Assembly (NCBI GenBank): GCA_964234715.1
Contig: OZ174279.1
Length of the DNA: 64,000 bases
From: Podarcis melisellensis
Taxonomy: Eukaryota
Reading direction: 5' to 3' (one strand)
The translations under genes and the position numbers were made by a program. Within the stretch, counting starts at the first letter, position 1; each line of letters opens with the position of its first letter. Under the pieces are notes generated by a model. That model made no database searches and was not told where the DNA came from. It saw only the letters and a list, made by a program, of their open reading frames with translations. Below, piece by piece: positions 52,318-64,000 of this stretch.

Positions 52318-52690
52318 AAAAAGGTAAAGGCAAAGGACCCCTGACAGTTAAGTCTAGTTGCAGACGACTCTGGGGTTGTGGTGCTCATCTCGCTTTACAG
52401 GCCGAGGGAGCTGGCGTTTGTCCGCAGACAATTTTTCCTGGTCACGTGGTCAGCATGACTACGCCGCTTCTGGCAAAACCAGAGCAGTGCACAGAAATGC
52501 CATTTACCTTCCCGCTGGAGCGGTACCTATTTATCTACTTACACTTTGATTTGCTTTCGAACTGCTAGGTTGGCAGAAGCTGGGACCGAGCAACGGGAGC
52601 TCACCCCATCACGGAGATTCGAACTGCCGACCTTCTGATCGGCAAGCCCAAGAGGCTCAGTGGTTTAGACCACAGCGCCACCCGTGTCAC
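52318..52690 (-). mobile_element. Sauria SINE
   Basis: Collinear with 28296-28664, including tRNA head and (ACCTTT)n tail. Confidence 0.9.
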
Positions 52691-52934
52691 TCCCTACCCC
52701 CCTTCTACCAAGACAGTGTCATCATTTTATTTGGAAGAACAGTTGCTCCTGTAGCTGCGGGTGGTAAACAAGGCAAACAGGAACTAGAGTCTTGCCTCTC
52801 TCCATCTGAACTATAGCCTCTCTCAGATAGTGTTGCATAGCAAATGGTTTCAAAATCTTATATTTGCTTCTCCTTTCCTTAGTTCATATTTTACAGTTGT
52901 CTGTTGAATTTCATGTTGTTGCTATCTACTGGGT

Positions 52935-53160
52935 TCCCTTTAACATTTTAGCCCTTTCTCTAGTGTTGCAATCTTCCCCAGTTTTAGATCACCTGTGAAT
53001 TTTATAGGTTTCTCGTCTTTCCTTTCATCCAAGTCGTTGATGAAAATATTGAACAGTGCCAGACCCAGCATTGAACTCAGCAGAATGCCACTGAATACCT
53101 GCCTCAACCGCTTTTCATTTATTACCTCCTTTTGTGTGCCGCTTTTCAACCAATTGTTGG
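52935..53160 (-). mobile_element. CR1 reverse transcriptase fragment
   Basis: [34 protein letters not shown] is a decayed [31 protein letters not shown]. Confidence 0.85.
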
Positions 53161-54137
53161 CTGCCTTTTATTTAATAATGAATTGCACCTGCAAAGCAAC
53201 CTGAAAGCCAGTGCAGACGTTAGAGATCAGGTTCAGTGTAACCATATTCTGTACCAGCCAAGAGTTTTCAAATAGACCAAACAGCATGCCTCCAGGACCG
53301 GACAATAATCTGACACAGAAGCTACCCAAGGCAGGGACAACAGTCTTCAACCTACCTCTGAGAAGGAAGGCTGCAATTCTTAAGCAGTCCCAGATTGTAA
53401 ACCACCCTCCCCTTTCCTTTTGCTGGAAATCCAGACGATATACAAGATCTCCCCAATGATGACACAATGGAAACAATAGAGCCATTCAGTGTCTATTGAG
53501 TCTCTTACAGTACAATCCTATGCATGTTTACTGAAAAGTCCTCATTGGCAAAACAAAGATGGGCAGCATTCTCCAAACAATGCATTTATGCTATTAAACT
53601 AGGTATAGTTCTTATGAATAAAAAATACTCACATGGCTAGACAGACTCAGGAATACATTTGGTATGGTTAGGATTTGAATGGTATTCCTCACCATAAATT
53701 TGAATGCATGTGCACACATTGAAAGTTATGGTGCTATAAATGGTAACCTAATAATCTAAATTGATTGTAGGGGGGAACAAATCAGGCAACAATACACAGG
53801 GTTCCTTTGCTGGTTGGTGTGGCATCTGATTTCTACTTGCAGGCTTATGAACTGGAGGGACTGATTCTTTGCAGTGTGCGCTGACTCACCACAGCCCAAG
53901 TACTATGCCAAATGTTAGTTCCACCTGGTGACTCACTTGAATGGTATGGTTAAAGAACTGGTCGACCCAGGACTCAGTGGAATAGTCTGCTTCTTGTCCA
54001 GTCTGGCCTTGTGCTTGCTTAAGTGTAAGTAACATAAGCTTACTCTTCCACGTGAAGAGATTTCTATGCTCTGCTTTGTCCAGTTCACAAAATGAGTCCG
54101 ACTATTAATATCTTCCCCACAGGAATACCATGCACTT

Positions 54138-54165
54138 ACACACACACACACACACACACACACAC
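54138..54165. repeat. (AC)n microsatellite
   Basis: Directly visible. Confidence 0.95.
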
Positions 54166-55880
54166 TCAATGGGTCTAAGGTTGGCGGCCCACAGTCCACA
54201 ATAAACTTGCCATACCTCTCCATCCAGTCACATGAGCCTTTTCCCATCCCATTATAACTGGGTGCTGTGGATCCCAGATGAATGGCTCTGGCTGAGGGTC
54301 CCAAGAACCTACTTTTCTGTGTTGCTCTTGCCACTTCAGTTCTAGTTGCCAAGCTTCTGGGGATACCAAAACACCCTCCTCTGCAGTAACACATGAAAAT
54401 AGGGCTGTTGGTCTGGAAGGCAGTACACAAGGACAGTAGATTAGGGCAGGTGTGGGCACATTCCCATTACAGTTGTCAGCCCTATGTGACTGATATAACT
54501 TTACCGCTTCATGCCCTATGTCTGCTATTTCCCTTCATGCCCTATGTCTGCCATCAGCAGCAGTGTCCAGGCAGGACTCAAAAACTTTTGTGTCCGGTCA
54601 GTGGAAACTCTGTGTCTGCATACCTGTAGATTCTTGGGTACTTTATGCACAGACACACTAACACTCTTAAGAGGCAGCCAGCCAAGCTTTGTGTGTGCAT
54701 GTGCATCTGTTTGCTTGTGGTTCTCTCTTAGCTCTCCCTTATTCTGAATAATAATTTCTATAGAGTTTTTAGCTGTTAAAATGAGCTAGCAGTTGCCATC
54801 ACACCAACAACTGAAGTAAGCTCAGGTTGGAAGGCGGTAGCTTGTCCAAAGAGACCATAATGACAAAACACACAGTTGAATCAGAATTCTCTACACTGAA
54901 ACCCAACGCGCTTGACCACTGTGTGCATTATATTCTGGCCTTTCGTCACTTAACACCAAATCCTTGCTCATGTTTAGCAGGAAGGATGGTCCATCACTTC
55001 TAGATGAAAGAACTGGGGTGCAGGGAAACAGGGCTTGTGAGATTTACCTGCCTCAGGTGATCTGCCTTTGCACGTTGACATAAAGGGGAGCACCGTTTGC
55101 TGCTACACCTCAGGCAACCCTTGCTACTTCCAAGCTTTTCTGAAGTTGATACACAAGGATCTAACCCAGCATGTCCATTGGCTGTGCCTCTGGATAGTAC
55201 CTTGGTTGGGATGCTCACCCTGCTATCGTTTGACATTATGACTTAATTCTTGTCAGATGCGCAGGCAACCATTGCACTTAAATGTGTACAACAAACACCC
55301 ACTTGCCTGTCTTTGCTCATTTGTTCCTTTCCAGCCAGGGCAGGAAACAGCTCAGTCTTTATGGGCTAAAGTCGAAGAGCTACTTGAGCACAGACTCTAG
55401 GAAATGCAATTGCTTTGTTAGGTTATTTCCACACTTCCTCCTTTTCATAACCTCCTGTAAGACCTTAGTGTTTGTATAAGAATCCAGGGGAAACACATGG
55501 TGGTGATGGTCCCTTGCATGCTAGAAACAAAGAGCTTCTACCAGGCCCTTCTAATTCTTCCTATCGGACAGGCTTGATAAAGGAAGTGGATCCCAGATTT
55601 AATGGAGCAATGATCAACATTATTGTGCTAAGGCAGCAGCTGTATGCATAGGACTGGGCTGCAAGTGAACCATCCTTGCTAATGTATGCCTTCGTCCAGT
55701 CGTCTTCTTCTTTTTCATTAGTCCACTTTTCCATTGTTTTCTACTATCCCAGTCCTAACCAACCTAGTGCTCTCCAGGTGTTTTGGATCACAACTCCCAC
55801 CAGCCTGTGCTGGCTGAGGTTGATGACATTTATAGTCTAAAACATGTGGAGGGCACATGTAGTTAAGGCTGCACTAGCCC

Positions 55881-55881
<1 letters not shown>

Positions 55882-55929
<48 letters not shown>
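55882..55929. repeat. (TTA)16 microsatellite
   Basis: Directly visible. Confidence 0.97.
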
Positions 55930-55933
<4 letters not shown>

Positions 55934-56764
55934 TCCCACATACCAATTTGTTCTCATTACATTTGTGTAAATATAAATAAAAAATATTTTTAAATATTAT
56001 TTTATTTCACTCATTGGGCCACCATACCCTGTCACTACCTTTATTTGTATGGCTAACCAAAATATATTCATTGCAAATCTGTTTAAAGTCAAAATACATT
56101 TTTTTTAAATCTCCCTTTAAACTTTCCCCCTTCAAACACACACACTCCTCAGTAAGATGGAAATGGAGACATGAATAGGGATGGAAAGGAAGATATGCCC
56201 ACATATCTGGAAGCTGGAAGTTGTTCAAACCCGTCCTGTGGTTGAAGGGTCCCTAGTTTGGAAATAAATTATGGCTTTGCTTAGAGGCCAGTTTGAAACA
56301 GAGTGACATTAATGCAAACTTTCCTGAGGCTTAACATTGAAGGAGTCATTCTTAGGCCTCAATCTTATTTCCTGCTTCCTGGGAGTAAGCCCCACTGAAC
56401 TCACAGTGGCTTACTTTTGAACAGGCATGTGTCGGATTGTGCTACTAGCCTCCTTTCTACTCCTGCATTAAAGCTGCAATCCTGCCTACTTGCTTTCTAA
56501 TAAGCCCTTTGTACTGGGACTTCAAAGTAGACATTCATTAATGGCATACTCCTTATTTACTACATATTCCATCTAACCTTCAAGGAGCTCAAGGTCGCAT
56601 CCATTAATACCCTTTACCTTTTACCATAGAGGTGTTGTGAAGGTAAAATGGAATAATGGGGTGGGGGGTCAATAATGAGTTTGCATCCTCATGATCCTCA
56701 CACTGACCCTGGAGCAAGTTGCCCCATCTTTGACTCCTGGGAATAAAGCCATCTTTAATTCCTC

Positions 56765-57142
56765 TAAAGGTAAAGGATCCCTGAATGGTTAAGTCCAGTC
56801 AAAGGGGGCTATGGAGTGTGGCGCTCATCTTGCTTTTCAGACTAAGGGAGCCGACGTTTGTTCACAGACATCTTTCTGGGTCATGTGGCCAACATGCCTA
56901 AACCACTTCTGGCACAACAGAACACCTTGAGAGAAGCCAGAGTGCACAGAAACACTGTTTACCTCCCCGCCACAGTGATACCTATTTATCTACTTGCACT
57001 GGCGTGCTTTTGAACTGTTTGGTTGGCAGAAGCTGGAACAGAGCAACGGGAGCTTACCCCGTTGCAGAGATTCGAACTGCCCACCTTCCATTCGGCTAGC
57101 CCAAGAGGCTCAGTGGTTTAGAACACAGCGCCACCTGCATCC
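56765..57142 (-). mobile_element. Sauria SINE (older, more diverged)
   Basis: Collinear with the other two copies; abuts a Squam3-like SINE head. Confidence 0.88.
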
Positions 57143-57145
57143 TGG

Positions 57146-57272
57146 GAAGTTTAGTCTGAGAGAGTGTGACTGGCCAAAGGTCACCCAGTGAGAGCTCAGT
57201 TGTAAAGTGGAGATTTGAATCTGGGTCTCTCCAGTCCTAGTCTGGTGCTCTAATCACTACCTCACACTGACT
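57146..57272 (-). mobile_element. Squam3-like SINE 5' part
   Basis: Minus strand gtcagtgtgaggtagtgattagagc..ccagattcaaatctccac; similar to 47345-47503. Confidence 0.65.
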
Positions 57273-59822
57273 ATGGCTGTGGAATATGCATGGGATGGGG
57301 CTGCATATTAGGAATCAAGTAGCTGGGCTGGGTGAGATCAGGAAAGTCAATCTGGCTGTTCCACAGTTGCATCACCCTTGTTGCCTGTTCAGTTTTGAGT
57401 GGGAGCCACTTGTAGACTCATTGCAGTCGGTCGGTCATGAGATTCATGCACACCACTTCAGGCTGGTTTGAACAGAGGAGCTTCAGTGAAAGGACCAGCT
57501 TGTTTAAGTGATTGTGTCCATAAGGAAAAACAGATGAGTAGTCTCCGAAATAACTGGGACTTTCCCATGGTAATATACACGCATAGATTGCATTCCTCTA
57601 CAAATTATTTCTGTTTCCAGAGCTCTGCATATCTTGTCAGTGTGTCAAGTTGTGCCATCATGTCAGCCTTGCTTGGGGTGCTTTGTGACGTGCTGGTAGG
57701 GAAAACATCCAGGTGTGGGCTGTAGCAATAGAGCAGAATTGTTACCTGCAGACCACCTGATCAGCAAGAGAGCAAACTTCAATGGATAATGTCACAGTTT
57801 GTGCATTGCTAACAGACACGTCCCTACATGCATTTATTTGTTTTACCAAGTCTTCTTAGGCAGGCAGGCTTTTGAAAAAGCACAAACCCACACACAGAGG
57901 GGATATATTTTCAAGAAATCCCCAACTGGGATCATGACCTAGTTAAGAAATTGTGAATTAGTAACTTGTTTCACTGTAAAAAGAAAGCTAACTCACTTGG
58001 TTGCAACTGAAGAAATACTATTACTAATCTCCCCACCACTGCCATTTAGAAAATATATATTGTATCTTTGGAAGTTTCAGCTCTTCAAGGTCACGTTGCT
58101 GGATTGTTCTAAGATCCAAACTATTCTTTGTGCTCCTTTACTCTTCCTACTCCATGTGATACACTCAACATCATCAACAATTTAGTCTAACCTTCTGCAC
58201 CTCAAATAGTGTAGTTGAAGTGACTGCTACAACAACTGCTTCAGAAGAATGAGGCCTTCAAATAATGTTCTATATTCTTTGCCTCTAAGCAGGTACAGGT
58301 ATACATTATTGGACCCCAAACTAGAACATATGGGCACACTGAACCTGAATGACAACATCTATCTCTCTGGCTAGCAGGTGAGTATATAGCTTGACTTCTT
58401 CTCAACTTAGAAATTTCACAGTGATTGGTTTAATTGTCTGTGCCACTGCCTGGCAAACAGATGCTGCTGGCATGATTCTTTTTGCTTGTTTCTGATCCAT
58501 CTTGGATAGAGCCTCAGAATTCAGAGGATGCCTTTTCCATGGATCCTAGTGGTATGGCTCTTGCCAGAATTTGTCAGTCAAGCAATCCTGGGACAAAGAG
58601 TAGATCAGCAGCACAATGTCCAGACTTAGAACTGACCTAACCCATAAAGAGAGTTAGGAACCTGTGGTCCTCTTGAAGTTATTGGACTCCAACTCTCATC
58701 AGCCTCAGCCATATGGCCAATGGTCTGGGATGGTGGGAGTTGTAGTCAAACAACATCTGGAGGGCCACATAATCCCCATCCCAGCATAGAAGCAAGGCTA
58801 GACTTTGTACCATTTGGGGCTTGTGAGATCTTTGGGGGAGCATGGAAAGGTTGGAAAGTTTTCCTACCCTTGATGGCCATTATGATCCTAGCTAAGCAGA
58901 GTACAGGAAGATTTTGAAGAGGTCCATATATCGATACCAAAAAGGATATGGCTTTTGCATGATTCTTCAATAAACTCTAGATCTGAGGTGGGAACCTGTG
59001 GGCCTCCAGATGTTGCAGGATCGCAAATCGCATCATCCTTTACTATTAGCTATATTGGCTGGGACTGATGGGAGTTGAGTCCAACAACATCTGGGGAACC
59101 AGTGTTTCCCAACCTCTGATCTAGGTACCAGTTTGAAGTAAAGTAATGGATGCATTGCTAAGAGCTGGAGATCAGCAGCTGCTTCTGAAAATGTCAGCCT
59201 TGGTTTCCTCACCTGTAAAACAGGAGTGATGATTACCTGCCTTCAGGGCATTCTAGGGCTTAATTTGCTGACATCAACACAGTGCACTCAACTCCTCAGC
59301 TGGAAGATGCTATGGTAATATTTAAAATCATATGATTATAAATCAAAGGGAATTAGCCCATCTACAGATCAATCGTGCCTATGTGCATTGTAAACCCCTT
59401 GGGCAAGGGTTTAACTTTTAATTGGGAGGTTGAACCCAACATATTTGCTGCATTTCAAATATTTTAATATAAAAATAAAATAAGTCAAGGTGGAGGGAAG
59501 CCTAATATATTTCTCTTGGATCACATACAGCAGAATGTTCATGATAGGGTTGTCACAAATAATCTGCAAAACAACAACTTTTAATCATATGTATATGATT
59601 AGTATTAGCTATATTTTAGTATGCAGGTAGATCATTATTATTTTTATTAGTTGCAGATGGAAAGCAAGTGGATGAGAGCTCTATATGTGTCAGAGGTGGG
59701 GGACTTGTGGCCCTCCAGATGTTATTGGATTTCAACTCCCATTAGCCCCAACCACATGCACTAAGGTCAGAGATGATGGGCACTGTTAGGAAGTCTGCAG
59801 TTTGCATGCAAGCCTGCAATTG

Positions 59823-59956
59823 GAATCATAGAATTGTAGTCGGAAGGGAAGACGAGGGTCATCTAGTCCAACCCCATGCAGTGCAGGAATCTTTGCTCAA
59901 CATGGGGCTTGAATTCACAACCCTGAGATTAAGACTCATGTTTTACTGACTGAGCC
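59823..59956 (-). mobile_element. tRNA-Lys-derived SINE with CR1-type 3' tail
   Basis: Minus strand GCTCAGTCAGTAAAACATGAGTCTTAATCTCAGGGTTGTGAATTCAAGCCCCATGTTGAGC is a decayed tRNA-Lys(CTT), joined to gttggactagatgaccctc..cccttcc..attctatgattc (CR1 terminus). Confidence 0.75.
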
Positions 59957-59967
59957 TTTTTTGTGTG

Positions 59968-60781
59968 TGTGGGACAAAATTCTCGCTTGCATTCTAACAC
60001 TCAAGTCTAGGGATCTTTTGATGCTGAGACCTGGACGCACTCCAGAATTTGGCACCCCAATAGTTAACACGGACAACAGAGATAAATCAAAAGTAAATTT
60101 TATTAAGTCCAAATTAGCTCATTGCCTGAAAAGGGAATTAGCACATTTACTAAAAATATAGAACAAAATCAATAGACAGAACACTAATGCTAGTCTGAGT
60201 TTAGGAGAGTTAAAACTAGTGCAAGAGTTATTTTTAGAAGCATTCCTATGGGAAAGGGGAATTGGATGAGCCCAGACAAGGCTGGGGTGGGGAGAGATTT
60301 GGCTAAAGGGTTGAAAGTGGCGCCAGGAGAGGGAAATGGGTGTTGAGTATTGCTGCTTGTTTTGTAGAGAGAGAATAGGAGGTTGTCAGGGAGGATTGGG
60401 TAGTGACTCTGTGGGATTTCAGGGATGGTTTTAGGGCAAGAATAAGAAGAAAGCAATTGGGTTTGGAGCAATGGCAGGCACGGGGAATAAAGAGAGCAGG
60501 TCTCTCCCAGAAAGTGGGACCTGATGGGAGTTGAACAGATGAGAGGGGAAGGAGGGCTTCCGCAACTAATGGGTTGACTGGGGATGGGGGGGGGATTTAA
60601 TACCTTTCCTTTTTCTGCAAGGCTGGGGCTTGGTGTGGTGGAGGTAAGAAAACCTCTTCAGCACCAGTAAGTAATATAGAAAGGAGAAGGAACGGTGGAG
60701 GAGTCCACACAGAGGAGTTCCTGTGCAGAGAGTTGAGGCCAAAGCTTTCTCTTATTTGACGTAAATCCTCTCTTCCTGACA
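59968..60781 (-). mobile_element. Possible solo LTR (~810 bp)
   Basis: TGT...ACA termini with short imperfect inverted ends (TGTGGGA / TCCTGACA); minus-strand TATA-like TATTAAAT (~60596-60603) upstream of AATAAA (~60100); TSD only partial. Confidence 0.4.
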
Positions 60782-61029
60782 GTGAATGAGTGCCAATCAG
60801 GAAGAGTTTAAATTTTTTGCATGATGGCTTTTAGAAATGTATCTTATTCTGCTGTTCTGGTGAGATGGGGAAAAGGCTTAACACATCTTTTGGGCTCTTG
60901 CAAGAGCCTTAGGCTGCTGAAAACTACTTGGTTAGTAATTGTCAGGGAGTGGGGTGGAAGGAGTGACATGTAGGTGCCTATATCTTGGTTGAATACTTCT
61001 AGAAGGAGTGAGCCTAATGCTCTCTTGCT

Positions 61030-61200
61030 TTTTTTAAAATTGACCAATGAGAAGGGAAGGACGGCAGAGATTTACAGTGACAACAAATTCATCAGCTGCT
61101 TTTGGAACCTGTGAGTTTGGCTTTCTGCAATGGAGTTTCCCTTGAGGCCTCTCCAGGCCAAAATCAGAACTTCTTTCTGAGATGCAGACTATCATAACAA
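61030..61200 (+). repeat. Unclassified old interspersed repeat, copy 2
   Basis: Collinear with 4205-4375. Confidence 0.7.
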
Positions 61201-64000
61201 AAACTGGATATATTTAGGAGTGTTTCATAGCAGAAATGTAGTCCAATAACATCTGGAGTGCCAAAGGTTCCACATCACTGATCTAAAGTCAGGTTTGGGG
61301 TACCTTTGGCCTTCCAAATGTTGCTGAACTACAACTCACATCAGCCCTAGCAAGCATGGTCAATGGGAGTTGTAGTTCAGCAACATCTGAAGGGCCAAAG
61401 TTTCCCCACTTCTGGTCTAAGTTAACGCAGTAAGTCTCTTACTAGGCAGGGATTTAAATCAAGGTCCAGCAGATTTCTCATCAGATTAAATTTCTCTCTC
61501 GTTCACTGAGCCCACTAAATGTGTTTCAAACATGAAAATTAATGAAGAGAAGTGGAAATGCAATTGGTTAAACTAATGTTGTCATCACACAGTCCAACTT
61601 TAGAATGGATTATTTGTTTGTTTTTGGTTTTTTAAGGTGGGTTGGTTAGCTGAGGAAGAACAACAGTGGAGGTGAAAGTTACATTAAGTACATCATAACC
61701 AAATGCTACTTTAGCTGCAAACAAGGGTGATAAAAGAGCAAAGTTAAAACCCAATGCACACTTATACTAGAAGTGCTGTTGACCTAAGTTGAACTTCCAA
61801 ATAAAATCTTGCGCAGGATGTATTTGGGAAAGTTGTTGATCCTGCCTCTTCTTGGTCCAAGATCTGCTATGAGAATCACTTACGTTCATGACATTTGATC
61901 TCCAGGAACTGGATTTCACAGGTTAGATTTCTTATACTTTGGTCTGAATGTTAGACAATATCCTTTGTATTATACTAAATTAAGTAGTTGGTTTAGCACT
62001 GACTGGAAAGCACTGGACTAAGACCTGTTGACAGTCATGGGCTGGTAACACAGGTTTTATTTGGCACACCTTTTTAATCCAGTCAATATATAGCTGCATC
62101 AATGTTTAATATAACAGACAAAATTAGCAGTGAGAATTTAGATAAAATCTGTAACTCAAAGGGTCCCTCTGTTCCAGGTATGGAGAACCTCTGGCCTTCC
62201 AGATGTTGCCAAACCACAACTCCTATCTGCCCCAGCAAGCATAGCCAGTGCCCAGGGATGATGGGTATTGTAGTTCAGCAATTCTGGAAGGCTAAAGCTT
62301 CTCCACACCTGTTATATCCTGAAGGAGGCTTGTCTTACTGAATATACAAACTGTACCTTACTTTCTGGAAGCAACCTGCCATTCAACCTCTATTCTTCTC
62401 TTAACTCAATCAGTAGGAGGAGGATCAGTAACCTTGGAGTATCCTGTTCCTTCTAGGTACTATGTATTAATTAATTCCGCTCAATTAAAATCAGCAGTTT
62501 TGCTCATTTGTGTGCATTTTTCTTCTGGCCAACACATTAGAAAAGTATATTACCCCCTGCATATTTTCCAGGATTTGGTCTCATAACTCTCTCCCCCACG
62601 TTGTGGGAAAAGTTGCTGCTGATAAGAAGATTGGCATGAAAGTTCTGATAACAGATATACCACTGTGTTCACTTCCAAAGGAGAGGGCGATTGCTCAATC
62701 TTCAGAAAAAAGAAGAAAACAATAGGTGGCATTTATAGTTTCTTTAAGAAAAAATCCTTTTGGGATCATTTTTGAAAAAGCATGTTAAAACAACCTTAAG
62801 ACGCACCTGTAGTATGTTGGAAATGTGGCCTTTGGCTTTAAGAGGGCTGGACTTAGGACCTAAAAGCTAAGCATTTCAAAATTCGTTTTATTGAACCTGT
62901 TTCCTAGCTAGAATGCTTGGTGGGAAAGACTGGCCCTCTCGTGAGTGCCCCCTACACTACAAATAAAATGGTTTTAAACAGGTCTCAGAACAATTTATAA
63001 GTATAATGGCTTCCCTAAAGAACTTGAAGATTGTATTTTTATAAGGCTGCTGAGCTTTGTTTGGTAGACACATTTTCTTCTGCCTTAAAGTTTCTTGGGT
63101 TGCACTGGAATTGCATAAAACAAAGGAGGGTAACCTGTGGCCTTCCAGATGTTGTTAGACTCCAACTTTCGTTAACCCCAGCTGGCATGACCAAAGGACT
63201 GATATGATGGAAGCTGTAGTTCAGCAACATCAAGAACTGCATTTCCCCCACTTTTTCTTTTTTAAAAAAATTATAATGACCTTATAGGAATTGCAAATCC
63301 TAAAGGAAGTGGGTTATGAGTTTGTTTTTAGTGCTCTTAATCTGCTAAGATCATCAAGTTGTCTAGTTGCCATACCCACATACATCCCACTTTGGCCTGT
63401 TTTGGGCCCCCATCCATCTACATTTCAGATAGAACTGATTGCAGGATCAATGCAGGTTGTGTATATATGTATGGTAAGGGTAGGGTTCATAGTATCCATT
63501 CGAGTATGACTTAAAAACAATGACCTATTATGTTATTTGAAGCTTGTCAAAACCATGGTGGCACTGGAATCTACTAGGTATTATTACACTTCCCACAAGG
63601 AAACCATTGCATCATGACTGCAAAAATCAGGACGCAGTGGAGGAAAGTTACTGGAATCTATCTCAAATCTGGACAATCTAGCAGCAGTGCCAAGTATTCC
63701 AGGAAAATATGTCTTAAAAGGACAGTGCAGGCTAATTTGATATTTATAATACTATTCTCCCAAGCAGAGGTAAATGGAAAGACTACTTCAAAACAAAACA
63801 AAACAAAGCATATCCTCCCTTTTTAAAAAGTGTAGGGGACACCTATGATATTTTCTTTACATAGATACTGATGGAAAACATAGTACTTAATTAACAGCAA
63901 TTAATGTGACTGCAGCTGCTACCAATGCATTAAATTATCAGGATCTTTTTGCATATTACCTAGAAGTGATGACAGAACTGTGAGTCTCTCACACAAAGAA

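Larger units (their letters stand above)
58650..63250. mobile_element. Cluster of at least six diverged hAT-MITE copies (~58650-58780, 58985-59118, 59692-59780, 61230-61415 two adjacent, 62175-62310, 63122-63250)
   Basis: Each contains the ggccctccagatgtt..gactacaactcccatc..gatgggagttgtagtc..aacatctggagggcc core seen in the TSD-flanked copies. Confidence 0.8.

Noticed and set aside
59895-59956. Functional tRNA-Lys gene
   Set aside because: Anticodon arm has a deletion, B box and acceptor stem are mutated, and it is fused to a CR1 tail; treated as a SINE head.

Overview
Vertebrate genomic DNA, most likely from a lacertid lizard (inferred from Sauria-type SINEs and squamate MITE/CR1/L2 families). 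The only functional protein-coding sequence I can support is the 3' end of SUFU (Suppressor of fused, Hedgehog pathway) on the + strand. It has a 69-nt exon (3485-3553) and a terminal exon (CDS 6791-6880), followed by a probable ~6.8-kb, TE-poor 3' UTR ending near an ATTAAA signal at 13631. The remaining ~50 kb is intergenic (in mammals TRIM8 follows SUFU; no TRIM8 exon or CpG island is visible here) and rich in mobile-element relics. Two processed pseudogenes lie about 3 kb apart: a frameshifted FKBP3 retrocopy nested, with its own TSD, inside a Tc2-like TIR element, and a full-length RPL18A retrocopy with an open ORF, 5' TOP tract, poly(A) and a 16-bp TSD. Other items are a decayed Penelope-like element (RT thumb plus GIY-YIG), an inverted Penelope pseudo-LTR pair with decayed hammerhead ribozyme cores, many palindromic hAT MITEs, a tRNA-Lys-headed SINE, a possible solo LTR, and an enhancer-like ETS/AP-1/octamer cluster near 40.7-41.0 kb. 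I found no convincing novel multi-gene system; most entries in the ORF track are chance ORFs. All family assignments come from recalled motifs, not database searches, and TE boundaries without TSDs are approximate.
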